This document shows, one piece after another, positions 1 to 9,417 of a DNA stretch of 64,000 bases (position 1 is the stretch's first letter; every line of letters begins with the position of its first letter). A model generated the notes under the pieces. The model was not told where the DNA came from. It saw nothing but the letters and a program-made list of their open reading frames with translations, and made no database searches. Made by a program: the position numbers and the translations under genes. Source of the DNA: an uncultured Candidatus Saccharibacteria bacterium (GTDB taxonomy: Bacteria; Patescibacteriota; Minisyncoccia; Phycocordibacterales; DATGWK01); NCBI GenBank assembly GCA_964456405.1, contig CAYVZB010000001.1, positions 24,601 through 88,600 of the forward strand. The letters run 5' to 3'.

Positions 1-200
1 AAGTAAAGATTGAGGGTGACCTCAAGCGCGAGGTTGAAGCTAACGTCAAACGACTCCGAGACATCAAAGCATACCGTGGCACTCGCCACATGCGTGGTTT
101 GCCGTCACGTGGTCAGAGAACAAAGACAAATTCTCGAACTCGACGAGGTAACGTTCGTAAGACTATGGGTAGCGGTAAGAAGACCGTAGATAAGAAATAA
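1..200 (+). CDS. rpsM: 30S ribosomal protein S13, C-terminal part (5' end lies outside the window)
   Basis: Frame 3 translates to ...[44 protein letters not shown], the conserved S13 C-terminus. It sits directly upstream of rpsK, as in the canonical alpha-operon order. Confidence 0.85.
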   Translation, partial: VKIEGDLKREVEANVKRLRDIKAYRGTRHMRGLPSRGQRTKTNSRTRRGNVRKTMGSGKKTVDKK

Positions 201-214
201 AACATAATAATCCG

Positions 215-652
215 ATGGGTAAGAAACGAACAGTAGAAAAGGAAGAAAAACCAGCAGAAGGCGCTGCAGAGGAAAAGAAGGCTCAGCCTGTTTCTTCAAA
301 GCGCAAAGTTGAAAGCGCTCGACTTTGTGTCGAATCTACATACAACAACACCAAGGTTGTTCTTACCGATATGAACGGCAATACACTTGCTCAATCTTCT
401 TCTGGTGCTCTCGGGTTTGCTGGTGCAAAGAAGGGAACACCTTTTGCTGCTGCGAAAGTTGGTGAAACTCTTGCTCTCAAAGCTCAAACTTTGGGTGTAA
501 AAGAAATCTCTGTTTTTGTTCGAGGTGTTGGCTCTGGTCGAGAGGCTGCGATTCGAGGTTTTATTTCACGCGGTACTACTATCAAGTCAATTTCTGATAT
601 CACACCGGTTCCACACAACGGTCCACGCCCTCCACGGCCACGACGCGTATAA
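215..652 (+). CDS. rpsK: 30S ribosomal protein S11
   Basis: 145 aa ending ...ISDITPVPHNGPRPPRPRRV, the hallmark S11 C-terminus. Sits in the rpsM-rpsK-rpsD-rpoA-rplQ order. Confidence 0.95.
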   Translation: MGKKRTVEKEEKPAEGAAEEKKAQPVSSKRKVESARLCVESTYNNTKVVLTDMNGNTLAQSSSGALGFAGAKKGTPFAAAKVGETLALKAQTLGVKEISVFVRGVGSGREAAIRGFISRGTTIKSISDITPVPHNGPRPPRPRRV

Positions 653-667
653 CATTTATATATATTT

Positions 668-1282
668 ATGATTATCGGACCAAAATACAAAATTGCTCGA
701 CGTTTGAATGCTCCTGTATTTGAGAAAACTCAAACACAGAAGTATGCGCTTTCTGCAGCTCGAAAAACAAAGAAAGGAAAAAGCGGTGGCCCTCGCCAAA
801 AGACAGCTTTTGGAGAGCAAATGGCAGAAAAGCAAAAGGCACGATTTACATATCTTCTTACAGAAAAAACATTTTCTAATTACGTTAAAAAGGCTGTAAA
901 CTCAAAAGAAAATACAATTCCTACACTATTCGGCCTTCTCGAACGAAGAATGGACAACGTTGTATACCGAATGGGTCTTGCAACAACTCGATCCGGTGCG
1001 CGACAAATGGTTTCTCACGGACACATTACCGTTAACGGAAAACGAGTAACTATTCCTTCAATGCATGTTTCTCAGGGTGACAAAATCTCTGTTCGCCCAG
1101 CAAGTCTTAAAAAGCCTCTTTTTGCAGGTGCAACTGACAGAATGAAAGCGATTACCGCTCCAACATGGATCAAGGCTGACGCTGAAAAGGTTGAGGCTAC
1201 CATTTTGGGTCTTCCGACAATGACGCACAAGACCGATACGATCTTCGATTTAAATACCGTTATCGAATTTTATAGTCGTTAA
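668..1282 (+). CDS. rpsD: 30S ribosomal protein S4
   Basis: 204 aa with the S4 N-terminal domain and an S4 RNA-binding domain (RMDNVVYRMGLATTRSGARQMVSHGHITVNGKRV). Confidence 0.95.
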   Translation: MIIGPKYKIARRLNAPVFEKTQTQKYALSAARKTKKGKSGGPRQKTAFGEQMAEKQKARFTYLLTEKTFSNYVKKAVNSKENTIPTLFGLLERRMDNVVYRMGLATTRSGARQMVSHGHITVNGKRVTIPSMHVSQGDKISVRPASLKKPLFAGATDRMKAITAPTWIKADAEKVEATILGLPTMTHKTDTIFDLNTVIEFYSR

Positions 1283-1296
1283 TTAATTTTAATAAT

Positions 1297-2250
1297 ATGA
1301 TTCATCATTCAATTGTTTTGCCATCAAAGCCTAAGGTAGTCAGTGAAACTGACTTCGCGGGTACATATGAGATTGACGGTTTTTATCCAGGGTATGGTCA
1401 CACTCTCGGCAATTCATTGCGCCGAATGATTTTGTCCTCACTTCCGGGAGCAGCTATTACTTCAGTAAAAATTGCTGGTGTCAGCCATGAATTTTCAACG
1501 ATTTCAGGTGTAAAGGAAGACGTGATCACATTACTTCTCAACCTAAAGAAGGTTCGCATTAAGATGCTTACAGACGAACCACAAACTCTTACACTTAAGA
1601 TTAAAGGTGCACAGCAAATTACCGCTGGCGACATTAAGGCTCCTGGTCAGGTTTCAATTCTTAATCCTGAATTGGTTATTGCTCACACAACAGATAAGAC
1701 AGTCGAGCTTTCACTCGAAATCACAGTTGAAAAGGGTCTCGGTTTCGTTTCAAAGGAATCATTGCAAAAAAATCGAGTTGATATCGGCACAATCACTGTT
1801 GATGCAGTGTTTACTCCGATCCGAAAAGTAAGTTACGAAGTAGAAAATATGCGAGTTGGTGACCGAACAGATTTCAATCGGCTTCGAATTAACATCGAAA
1901 CAGATGGAACAATTACACCTCGAGAAGCTTTGGAAAAATCAATCGAGATTATGATCAACCAGCTCAAGGCAATCGTTGGTTTCAAAGAAGAAGAAATCAT
2001 GTCTTCAGAAGCCGCTCCTGAAGAAGCTGGTCCAAGCAAGGAACTTGATCAAGAATTCCTCAAGACTCGAATCGAGACTCTTGAACTTTCACAACGAACT
2101 ATCAACGCGCTTACCACAGCAAATATCCGAACCCTTGGTGGTTTGGTCAGAAAAAAGAAAAAGGACATTCTTGAAGTCGAAGGTCTTGGAGCAAAGGGAA
2201 TTAGCGAAATCAAGAAGGTTTTGGAAGGAATGGGGATTAATTTGAAGTAG
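1297..2250 (+). CDS. rpoA: DNA-directed RNA polymerase subunit alpha
   Basis: 317 aa. The N-terminal dimerisation domain motif GHTLGNSLRRMILSSLPGAAIT is present, with a C-terminal alpha-CTD region. The operon context fits. Confidence 0.95.
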   Translation: MIHHSIVLPSKPKVVSETDFAGTYEIDGFYPGYGHTLGNSLRRMILSSLPGAAITSVKIAGVSHEFSTISGVKEDVITLLLNLKKVRIKMLTDEPQTLTLKIKGAQQITAGDIKAPGQVSILNPELVIAHTTDKTVELSLEITVEKGLGFVSKESLQKNRVDIGTITVDAVFTPIRKVSYEVENMRVGDRTDFNRLRINIETDGTITPREALEKSIEIMINQLKAIVGFKEEEIMSSEAAPEEAGPSKELDQEFLKTRIETLELSQRTINALTTANIRTLGGLVRKKKKDILEVEGLGAKGISEIKKVLEGMGINLK

Positions 2251-2281
2251 AGTTTCTACCGTGATATAGTTTTAAACCGCA

Positions 2282-2629
2282 ATGAGACACCATAGCAAAA
2301 CAAAGAAATTTGGACGAGAACGAGGTCAGCGAAAAGCACTGATGCGTTCTTTGGCCGTGTCTTTGGTTCGCGATGGCAAAATCAAGACTACAGAAGAAAA
2401 GGCCAAGGCTCTTCGACCTTTGATCGAACGACTTGTAACAAATGGCAAAAAAGGCGACCTCGCAGCTCGACGAAGTATCGGTGAAATCATCGGCATGGAC
2501 AGTGCCCGAAAGATTGTTGTGAGCATTAGCCCAAAATACAGTTCTCGAAAGGGTGGTTATACACGAATCACCAAACTTGTTCGACGAGAGTCTGATGGTG
2601 CAAAGCAAGCAATAATCGAATTTGTATAA
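2282..2629 (+). CDS. rplQ: 50S ribosomal protein L17
   Basis: 115 aa. MRHHSKTKKFGRERGQRKALMRSL... and ...GGYTRITKLVRRESDGAKQAIIEFV are L17 signatures. Confidence 0.95.
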   Translation: MRHHSKTKKFGRERGQRKALMRSLAVSLVRDGKIKTTEEKAKALRPLIERLVTNGKKGDLAARRSIGEIIGMDSARKIVVSISPKYSSRKGGYTRITKLVRRESDGAKQAIIEFV

Positions 2630-2978
2630 ACACATGGAATACACCATCGACACAGCAAATAAGGCCCTTGGACGAACCGCTGCGCAGGCAGCTCATATCC
2701 TTATGGGTAAAAATTCCACTTCGTATGCTCGAAACAAGGTTGTTCCTGTTAAGGTTCACATCAAAAATGCCGCTCAGGTCAAGGTTACTGCAAAAAAACT
2801 TGAAACCATGCTATTCCGACATCACACTGGTTTCCGTGGTGGTTTGAAGGAAATGAATCTTGATCGATTCATTAAGGAAAAAGGTTACAAGGAGCTTTTC
2901 CGACATACAGTGCACGGCATGCTCCCAAAAAATAAGCTTCGAAATGAAATGATTAAGAACCTCTACGTGACTGAATAA
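2622..2978 (+). CDS. rplM: 50S ribosomal protein L13 (short N-terminus; alternative ATG at 2634)
   Basis: YTIDTANKALGRTAAQAAHIL... and ...GMLPKNKLRNEMIKNLYV match conserved L13 blocks. It is followed by rpsI as in the rplM-rpsI operon. Confidence 0.9.
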   Translation: MYKHMEYTIDTANKALGRTAAQAAHILMGKNSTSYARNKVVPVKVHIKNAAQVKVTAKKLETMLFRHHTGFRGGLKEMNLDRFIKEKGYKELFRHTVHGMLPKNKLRNEMIKNLYVTE

Positions 2979-2979
2979 T

Positions 2980-3399
2980 ATGGAAGCTACAATTACAAAA
3001 AAACAAACAGAAAAATACATTGAGGCAGTTGGCCGACGCAAAACCGCTATTGCACGTGTTCGAATTTACGAAGCATCTAAGGCTTCTTTTGATATTAACG
3101 AACGAGAAATTGAAAATTATTTTCCGACAAACCAGCTTCAAATTATCGTTAAAGATCCATTCACAAAAATCAAACTTCCAGTAAAATTCCGTGTAACAGC
3201 TCGAATCCATGGTGGTGGCATCAACTCTCAGGCTGAGGCACTTCGACACGGTATTGCTCGAGCCCTTATTGCCTACGACCTCACACTCCGAAAGGATCTT
3301 AAGCCTTTAGGTTTCCTCAAACGAGATCCACGAGCAAAAGAGCGACGAAAGTTCGGTTTGAAAAAGGCTCGAAAGTCTCCACAGTGGTCAAAGCGATAA
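2980..3399 (+). CDS. rpsI: 30S ribosomal protein S9
   Basis: 139 aa ending GGGINSQAEALRHGIARALIAYDLTLRKDLKPLGFLKRDPRAKERRKFGLKKARKSPQWSKR, which is the S9 signature. Confidence 0.95.
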   Translation: MEATITKKQTEKYIEAVGRRKTAIARVRIYEASKASFDINEREIENYFPTNQLQIIVKDPFTKIKLPVKFRVTARIHGGGINSQAEALRHGIARALIAYDLTLRKDLKPLGFLKRDPRAKERRKFGLKKARKSPQWSKR

Positions 3400-3481
3400 A
3401 GGATCCACAAAACAAATTTCTTTGGCACCTTTGGTCCATACGAAATTTGTTTTGTTTCGCAGGGTGAATACGAAGCAAATT

Positions 3482-3510
3482 TTGACATTTGTTTTTAAAG
3501 AGAATAAGCT
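3482..3510 (+). promoter_or_regulatory. candidate sigma70-type promoter for grpE-dnaK-dnaJ (TTGACA-17 nt-TAAGCT)
   Basis: TTGACA at 3482-3487, a 17 nt spacer and TAAGCT at 3505-3510, about 20 nt upstream of the grpE ATG. No CIRCE inverted repeat is present. Confidence 0.35.
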
Positions 3511-3529
3511 CTAAGCAAATATTTTTCGT

Positions 3530-4120
3530 ATGAATGATCAAGAAAAAAATCTAAATCACGAAGAAACTCCAGAAGAAAACGACATTGAATTAGAAAAAGA
3601 CAGCGAATTCGCTGCGCACGAAGCACACAAATCAAAAGATGTAGTTGCCGATCTCCGAGAAAAACTCAAGAAAGCGGTTGAAGAAAAGACAGAATATTTA
3701 AATGGTTGGCAACGTGCCAAGGCGGATTTTATCAATTCTCGTAAGCGAGATGAAGAAGATACCCGCAATGCGATTAAATATGCCGAAGCAGCGCTTATCG
3801 AAGAATTAATCCCGGTACTCGATAGTTACGACATGGCGTTTGGAAACAAAACTGCTTGGGAAAGTCTTCCGGGAGAATGGCGAAAGGGGATGGAGCAAAT
3901 TCACAACCAACTGATTTCTATCCTCAAATCTCACAACGTAGAAGTCCTCGAACCTCTGGGGAAAGAGTTTGATCCGAAAGAGTCAGAGGCAGTTGGTATG
4001 GTAGATACCAAAAACGAATCAGAAGACCACGTAGTGCTCGCAGTTTTCCAGAAAGGATATAAGCTTCATGACCGGATTATTCGCCCCGCAAAGGTCAGAG
4101 TTGGTAGATACGAACCGTAG
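3530..4120 (+). CDS. grpE: nucleotide exchange factor GrpE
   Basis: 196 aa with an acidic N-terminus, a coiled-coil region and a C-terminal beta-domain (...VLAVFQKGYKLHDRIIRPAKVRVG). It lies immediately upstream of dnaK-dnaJ. Confidence 0.9.
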   Translation: MNDQEKNLNHEETPEENDIELEKDSEFAAHEAHKSKDVVADLREKLKKAVEEKTEYLNGWQRAKADFINSRKRDEEDTRNAIKYAEAALIEELIPVLDSYDMAFGNKTAWESLPGEWRKGMEQIHNQLISILKSHNVEVLEPLGKEFDPKESEAVGMVDTKNESEDHVVLAVFQKGYKLHDRIIRPAKVRVGRYEP

Positions 4121-4195
4121 CTCTTGCAGGGCAGTGAGTCAGAATGATATGTTTGTAGTGCTTTCTTTAAAAACTAATTAAATTTTCAAAAAACC

Positions 4196-6097
4196 ATGGC
4201 AAAAATAATTGGAATTGATCTTGGAACAACGTTTTCAGCTGTTGCTGTCATGGAGGCAGGTGGCCCGAAGATTCTTGAGAATTCTGAAGGTGCACGAACG
4301 ACTCCATCTATCGTTGCAACATCAAAAAATGGTGAACGACTTGTTGGTTTGCTTGCAAAACGACAGGCAGTAACAAATCCTAAGGGCACAATCGTTGGTA
4401 TCAAACGATTTATTGGTCATACATACGAAGACCCCGCTGTTCAAAAAGATAAGGCAAACGTTCCATACGAAATCGCAAAAGGAGCTGACGGTGGCGTACT
4501 GGTAAAAATGTCTGGAAAGGATTACCGACCAGAAGAAATTTCTGCGATGATCTTGCAAAAGCTTAAGGCTGATGCAGAAGCTAAGCTCGGAGAAAAAGTA
4601 ACGGAGGCAATCATTACGGTGCCTGCGTACTTTAACGATGCCCAGCGAAAAGCAACAAAAGATGCCGGTCAGATTGCTGGCCTTGATGTAAAACGAATCA
4701 TCAATGAACCAACAGCTGCTGCACTTGCGTATGGTTTTAATAAAAAGAAAGATGAAAAAATCGCTGTCTTCGACTTCGGTGGAGGCACATTCGATATTTC
4801 TATTCTCGAAGTCGGTGATGATGTCGTAGAAGTGAAGTCTACAGATGGCGACAGTCATTTGGGTGGTCGTGACATTGATCAGAAGATCATTAACTGGCTT
4901 GCTGATGAATTCAAGAAGGATCAGGGTATTGATCTTCGGGGCGATGCATTTGCTCTTCAGCGACTTGATGAGGCTGCAGAAAAGGCAAAAATTGAGCTTT
5001 CAACTGCTACAGAAACCGAAATCAACATTCCGTTCATTACTTCAGACGCAAGTGGCCCTAAGCATCTTGTGATTCGAATGAGTCGTGCAAAACTCGAAGA
5101 GTTGGCTCGAGAATTTATTGATCGAGCAATCATGATTACAAAGCGAGCCATGGAAGCATCACCATTTAAGGTTGGTGATTTGAACGAAGTGGTACTTGTT
5201 GGAGGTCAAACTCGAATGCCACTGATTGCTGAAGAAGTGAAGAAATTCTTTGGCAAAGAACCAAACAAATCTATCAATCCTGACGAAGTTGTGGCACTCG
5301 GCGCTGCGATCCAGGGTGGAATTATTACTGGTGATGTAAAAGATATTCTTTTGCTCGACGTTATTCCGCTTTCACTTGGTATCGAAACCATGGGTGGTGT
5401 GTCTACAAAGCTGATCGAAAAGAACACAACCGTTCCTGCTTCTAAGTCGCAAACATTTTCAACTGCGGCAGATAACCAGACTTCGGTAGAAATTCACGTG
5501 CTCCAAGGCGAACGACCAATGGCGACTGATAACAAAAGCCTCGGACGATTTATTCTCGATGGAATTCCTCCAGCTCCACGTGGCATGCCACAAGTTGAAG
5601 TTACTTTCGACATTGATGCAAACGGAATCTTGAGCGTAAAGGCAAAAGACAAGGCTTCAGGTCGCGAACAATCTATTCGAATCGAAGCAAGTTCAGGTCT
5701 TTCCAAAGAAGAAATTGCAAAAATGCAAAAAGATGCAGAAGCTCATGCTGCCGAAGATGCAAAGAAGAAAGATTTGGTTGAAGCAAAGAATATTGCTGAA
5801 CAAATGATCTACACATCAGAAAAGTCTCTCGCTGATGCTGGTAGCAAAGTTCCAGAAGACGTGAAAAAGGCAGTTACAGAGAAAGTTGACGCCCTCAAAA
5901 AAGCAAAAGATGGTTCAGACATCGATGCTATCAAAAAGGCAACATCTGAGCTCTCTACTGAAATACAAAAAATTGGTCAGCATATGAACCAACAGGCGGG
6001 TGGCCAAACTCCTCCGGGCCCAGAGGCAAACAAGGACAATGTTCGAGATGCAGAATACAAAGAAAGTCCGAACGAAGGCGAGCAGCCAAAACAATAA
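4196..6097 (+). CDS. dnaK: molecular chaperone DnaK (Hsp70)
   Basis: 633 aa. [18 protein letters not shown]..., the DLGGGTFD motif as [14 protein letters not shown], and a C-terminal substrate-binding domain and lid. Confidence 0.97.
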   Translation: MAKIIGIDLGTTFSAVAVMEAGGPKILENSEGARTTPSIVATSKNGERLVGLLAKRQAVTNPKGTIVGIKRFIGHTYEDPAVQKDKANVPYEIAKGADGGVLVKMSGKDYRPEEISAMILQKLKADAEAKLGEKVTEAIITVPAYFNDAQRKATKDAGQIAGLDVKRIINEPTAAALAYGFNKKKDEKIAVFDFGGGTFDISILEVGDDVVEVKSTDGDSHLGGRDIDQKIINWLADEFKKDQGIDLRGDAFALQRLDEAAEKAKIELSTATETEINIPFITSDASGPKHLVIRMSRAKLEELAREFIDRAIMITKRAMEASPFKVGDLNEVVLVGGQTRMPLIAEEVKKFFGKEPNKSINPDEVVALGAAIQGGIITGDVKDILLLDVIPLSLGIETMGGVSTKLIEKNTTVPASKSQTFSTAADNQTSVEIHVLQGERPMATDNKSLGRFILDGIPPAPRGMPQVEVTFDIDANGILSVKAKDKASGREQSIRIEASSGLSKEEIAKMQKDAEAHAAEDAKKKDLVEAKNIAEQMIYTSEKSLADAGSKVPEDVKKAVTEKVDALKKAKDGSDIDAIKKATSELSTEIQKIGQHMNQQAGGQTPPGPEANKDNVRDAEYKESPNEGEQPKQ

Positions 6098-6104
6098 TTA
6101 ATTA

Positions 6105-7160
6105 ATGGCGAAAGACTATTACAAAATTCTTGGTGTAGAAAAGAGTGCTTCAAAAGACGATATCAAAAAAGCGTTTCGAACACTTGCGCACAAGTATCAT
6201 CCGGACAAAAAGGGTGGCGATGAGGCGAAGTTCAAGGAAGTGAATGAAGCATACTCGGTACTGAATGACGAGAAAAAGCGCGCTGAGTATGATGCGTATG
6301 GTCAAACCTTTGCTGGTGGCGCCGGTCCAGGTGGTTTTGATTTCTCTGGATTCCAAGGACAAGGTGGAGAAGGATTTGGCTTTGATTTTGGTGAAATTTT
6401 CTCTGACTTCTTTGGCGGAGGTGGTGGTGGACGAGTAAAGCGTGGCCGAGACATTTCTATTGATGTCGAACTTAGCTTCGAGGAAGCGGTTTTCGGTGTA
6501 TCACGAAAGATTCTCCTCAATAAAACTTCTACTTGCAAAACATGTAACGGAAACGGTGGGGAACCGAACACTAAGTTTTCAACTTGTACGGTGTGTAACG
6601 GAAAAGGAAAGATTCGCGAGGTTCGTGGCACAATTCTTGGTTCATTTGCAACAGAACGACCGTGTGCAAACTGTCACGCGACAGGCAAGGTACCTGAAAA
6701 GAAATGTCACACCTGTCATGGTGCGGGCGTAAGCCGACAAGAAAGCGAAATCAACGTAAAGATTCCTGCTGGAATCGAAAACGGAGAAATGATCCGACTT
6801 ACCGGCGCAGGCGAAGGTCTTGCTGGTGGCTCTAGTGGTGATCTCTATATCAAGGTTCATGTTCGAAAACATGCACTCTATACCAAAGATGGTAAGAACC
6901 TTTTGACTGATCTCAAAATTAAGCTTTCTGATGCGCTTTTGGGTGGGGAATATGTACTCAAAACTCTTGATGGTAATGTAACTCTCAAAATTCCTGCTGG
7001 AATTACATTTGGCGAAACTTTACGCGTAAAAGGCAAAGGTGTGCCAGATGACCGAAGTAAACGCGGCGATATTCTCGTTCGGGTTGTAATCGAGCTTCCA
7101 AAATCTCTTTCACGAGATGCGAAAAAGGCTATAGAGCAACTAAAGAAAGAGGGGATTTAA
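6105..7160 (+). CDS. dnaJ: molecular chaperone DnaJ (J-domain, G/F-rich linker, 4x CxxCxGxG zinc finger)
   Basis: 351 aa. DYYKILGV...HPDK J-domain, a Gly/Phe-rich region, and [24 protein letters not shown] and CHTCHGAG repeats. Confidence 0.95.
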   Translation: MAKDYYKILGVEKSASKDDIKKAFRTLAHKYHPDKKGGDEAKFKEVNEAYSVLNDEKKRAEYDAYGQTFAGGAGPGGFDFSGFQGQGGEGFGFDFGEIFSDFFGGGGGGRVKRGRDISIDVELSFEEAVFGVSRKILLNKTSTCKTCNGNGGEPNTKFSTCTVCNGKGKIREVRGTILGSFATERPCANCHATGKVPEKKCHTCHGAGVSRQESEINVKIPAGIENGEMIRLTGAGEGLAGGSSGDLYIKVHVRKHALYTKDGKNLLTDLKIKLSDALLGGEYVLKTLDGNVTLKIPAGITFGETLRVKGKGVPDDRSKRGDILVRVVIELPKSLSRDAKKAIEQLKKEGI

Positions 7161-7241
7161 ATAAATAGTTCTAGTTCAAGACGGGCAGCAGCAGTCAACG
7201 TAGTATCGGGGCGTGACCGGAGAGCCTAATGCTATGATCTT

Positions 7242-8234
7242 GTGGTTATGCAATCTTTGTTAGAAAAAATTCAAGATAATAAATTAAATGAAATCATTGA
7301 CTGTCTTTCACGAGAAGATTCGAAAGTAAGTATTGAAGATCAATTTAAAGATATTCAAGTTCGATTTCCTAATTATGATGTTTCATTTTTATGGCTGTTA
7401 TCTTATCCCTATGAGCATGCTCCAAATGTTAAAAAATATATTAATGAAAATTATCAAAGATTCCAACAGTACTTAGATTCTTCTTTTCCAAAACTAATTT
7501 CTAAAAAAGGGAAATTTAACTCACGCATGTGGGAAATGATATTGTGCGATCTCTTGTCCCATTCTGGAAAATTGGTACCTAAATCTGCTGCTGGTTCAGA
7601 CTTTCTGTTAAAATCAAAAAACGGTCAAGAAATACAGATTGAAGCTGTATGCCCAAACGAAGCAACTAATCCAGATCTGCGTTCTTTCCGGCCGATTTTA
7701 ACAAAAGAAAACCCTGTTTATTCTGGCGGAGAAAATATTGACGATTTGGAAAAACCAGTATTGCTAAGATCACTTCAAGGCTTTGATACTAAGGCAAAAC
7801 TTGATAAATATGACAGTAACAAACCTTTAATTATTGCAATTAATTCCTGCAATGCTGTTGGTTTAATTTCTAGAGATGATTACATCCTTCGTCGCCTGTT
7901 GTTTGGTCTTGGTAATCAAACAATTACAAAAAAGTCAGATGGTACATTTGTAAATGGCCTTCAATATAATCCTCTTTTAAATAAACCTAATAAACCAGAA
8001 TTTCAAATCGCTCGTTTCTTGAGTTTGGAGTATGCTCATGTAAGCGGTGTAATCTATACCTCCCAAAATTCTATGGGATTAGTTCCGGGCGGTTATGGTT
8101 GGCATAATTCCGGAATATTTTACAGTCCTAATCCAAACGCTAAGTATAAAATTGATCTTGATTTTCCATTTTTTAAAAAAATGATATGCAATCAAAAAAT
8201 TTACGAAGTAAGAGAAGCCGATAAAACTTTTTAA
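7242..8234 (+). CDS. hypothetical protein (AT-rich orphan gene, no recognisable motif)
   Basis: 330 aa uninterrupted ORF. It is markedly more AT-rich (~30% GC by eye) than the flanking dnaJ and trpS, and Asn/Lys/Ser-rich. I recognise no conserved family motif. Confidence 0.55.
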   Translation: MVMQSLLEKIQDNKLNEIIDCLSREDSKVSIEDQFKDIQVRFPNYDVSFLWLLSYPYEHAPNVKKYINENYQRFQQYLDSSFPKLISKKGKFNSRMWEMILCDLLSHSGKLVPKSAAGSDFLLKSKNGQEIQIEAVCPNEATNPDLRSFRPILTKENPVYSGGENIDDLEKPVLLRSLQGFDTKAKLDKYDSNKPLIIAINSCNAVGLISRDDYILRRLLFGLGNQTITKKSDGTFVNGLQYNPLLNKPNKPEFQIARFLSLEYAHVSGVIYTSQNSMGLVPGGYGWHNSGIFYSPNPNAKYKIDLDFPFFKKMICNQKIYEVREADKTF

Positions 8235-8431
8235 ATTCTGTTAGAGACTCAATCAAAATATTGTGAAGCTGTTTAATTAAGTGTAATTTTTTTGTTCCTC
8301 ATTACAATTTGGCTCTTTAGATTTGAGAGTAATTCTCTTTTGCCCATAATTCCAGAGTGGAATCTTTTGAGTCGCTCAATCTCAACTTCAGGTTTCTTCA
8401 TCTTAAGCCACATTTTTGCTACTATATACCC

Positions 8432-8521
8432 ATGGCAGACAGAAAAATCATGGTCTCTGGCGTGAAGCCAACTGGCCGACTCCATATTGGTAACTACTTC
8501 GGTGCAACAGGACTTTTGTAA
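8432..8521 (+). pseudogene. duplicated 5' fragment of trpS (29-codon ORF MADRKIMVSGVKPTGRLHIGNYFGATGLL*)
   Basis: Segment 8436-8508 is about 95% identical to 9421-9491, the start of the intact trpS. The copy has its own ATG, encodes TrpS residues ~1-25, then diverges to a stop. Confidence 0.8.
8436..8508 (+). repeat. direct repeat copy A (trpS 5' core, ~70 bp); partner at 9421-9491
   Basis: aaaatcatggtctctggcgtgaagccAactggccgactccatattggtaactacttCggTgca versus aaaatcatggtctctggcgtgaagccGactggccgactccatattggtaactacttTggAgca. Confidence 0.85.
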
Positions 8522-8552
8522 GCTCACTCTCGCTCAAAATATAATCAATCCC

Positions 8553-8586
8553 TAATGAAAAACTGTCACCGGTAGCGGTAACAGTT
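8553..8586 (-). terminator. candidate rho-independent terminator for the 8603-9013 minus-strand gene
   Basis: Hairpin aactgtcacc-ggtagc-ggtaacagtt, preceded on the + strand by an A-tract, which is a T-tract on the minus strand. Confidence 0.45.
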
Positions 8587-8602
8587 TGAGTGCTCGAGAA
8601 AA

Positions 8603-9013
8603 CTAGAAAACCTGAGCCGCCCGAGTTATGGGTTCGAGAAGGGACTCAAACTCAGGAATCTTCTCTGACAGACCAGAGAGAAGAAAAGGTAACGACTCCC
8701 ACACCTTTTGAACATTTTTCGTAGCTGGTGCGTCTGACCTAAGTGGCCTGTTCTCGAAACTATAGATAGCCCTACGAGAAATGGGCTCGAGAAGAACTAT
8801 GCTATCTCCTTTGATTTCCCATACATATTCTGGATCAGGAAAACCCTCGTGGACCACTCGGATGCATCCGCCTTCGTTGAGATGATTTGTCTTGGAAAAA
8901 ATCACATGGTATGTGGTTTGCAACACAATGTGAATTTCGCGCCTCATCCGGTCAATGTTGTGGGTACCTCGCACAATTTCATCACGCAAATCACGTTCAG
9001 TCTGGTTAGACAT
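8603..9013 (-). CDS. hypothetical protein (136 aa) inside the trpS-duplication-bounded islet
   Basis: Clean 136 aa ORF with a balanced composition and its own downstream hairpin plus T-tract. No family motif recognised. Confidence 0.5.
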   Translation of the reverse strand: MSNQTERDLRDEIVRGTHNIDRMRREIHIVLQTTYHVIFSKTNHLNEGGCIRVVHEGFPDPEYVWEIKGDSIVLLEPISRRAIYSFENRPLRSDAPATKNVQKVWESLPFLLSGLSEKIPEFESLLEPITRAAQVF

Positions 9014-9183
9014 TTCAAACCCCTTATTCCTAAGGACCTTCCGGTTGATTATGAAAGAACGTCTTTCATACTATCAATACAATAAAATAAATCTTTTTGA
9101 ATGTCAAAATATGCTTGACGTATACAAATTATATGTTAAAATTTTTTAAGAACTCGAAATACAAACCAAACAAGGAGACTGCA

Positions 9184-9348
9184 ATGAACCTCGGAATTCG
9201 GCTCGGTATCTTTTGGGTCGGACTCATTGTTCTTGCTTTGGGTCTACACAACCCCATTCTTGTAGTTGCGGGCCTGCTGGTTGCAGTTACCGGGGTGTGC
9301 GCACTGTTTATCTATGAACCACCAGACAACAGTGCATATGGACCATAA
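9184..9348 (+). CDS. small hydrophobic membrane protein (55 aa; MNLGIRLGIFWVGLIVLALGLHNPILVVAGLLVAVTGVCALFIYEPPDNSAYGP)
   Basis: A perfect AAGGAG sits 6 nt upstream of the ATG at 9184. There are two predicted TM helices, and a hairpin plus T-run follows at ~9354-9392. The track ORF 9097-9348 is the same frame with an earlier, less likely start. Confidence 0.55.
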   Translation: MNLGIRLGIFWVGLIVLALGLHNPILVVAGLLVAVTGVCALFIYEPPDNSAYGP

Positions 9349-9353
9349 AACCA

Positions 9354-9392
9354 AACCCGATCCGCCATTCCCGGCGGGTCGTTTCGTTTTAA
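9354..9392 (+). terminator. candidate rho-independent terminator
   Basis: ccgcc-attcc-cggcgg stem-loop followed by gtttcgtttt. Confidence 0.4.
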
Positions 9393-9417
9393 GCCGCATT
9401 CTTGTTATTATTCTTGT

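Noticed and set aside
3400-3530. CIRCE/HrcA operator upstream of grpE
   Set aside because: The inverted repeat present (caaaacaaatttc...gaaatttgttttg) does not match the CIRCE consensus TTAGCACTC-N9-GAGTGCTAA. It is reported only as an uncharacterised inverted repeat.
4322-4858. 178 aa minus-strand ORF
   Set aside because: It lies entirely antisense within dnaK and has a low-complexity, Cys/Phe-rich composition, so it is a frame artefact. The same reasoning applies to 6302-6631 (antisense in dnaJ), 27560-28120, 31127-31678 and 47873-48304.
8273-8527. 84 aa minus-strand ORF (and 9244-9471 minus strand)
   Set aside because: Both are the antisense translation of the duplicated trpS 5' sequence (shared ...ESASxLHARDHDF... 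peptide), so they are by-products of the repeat rather than genes.
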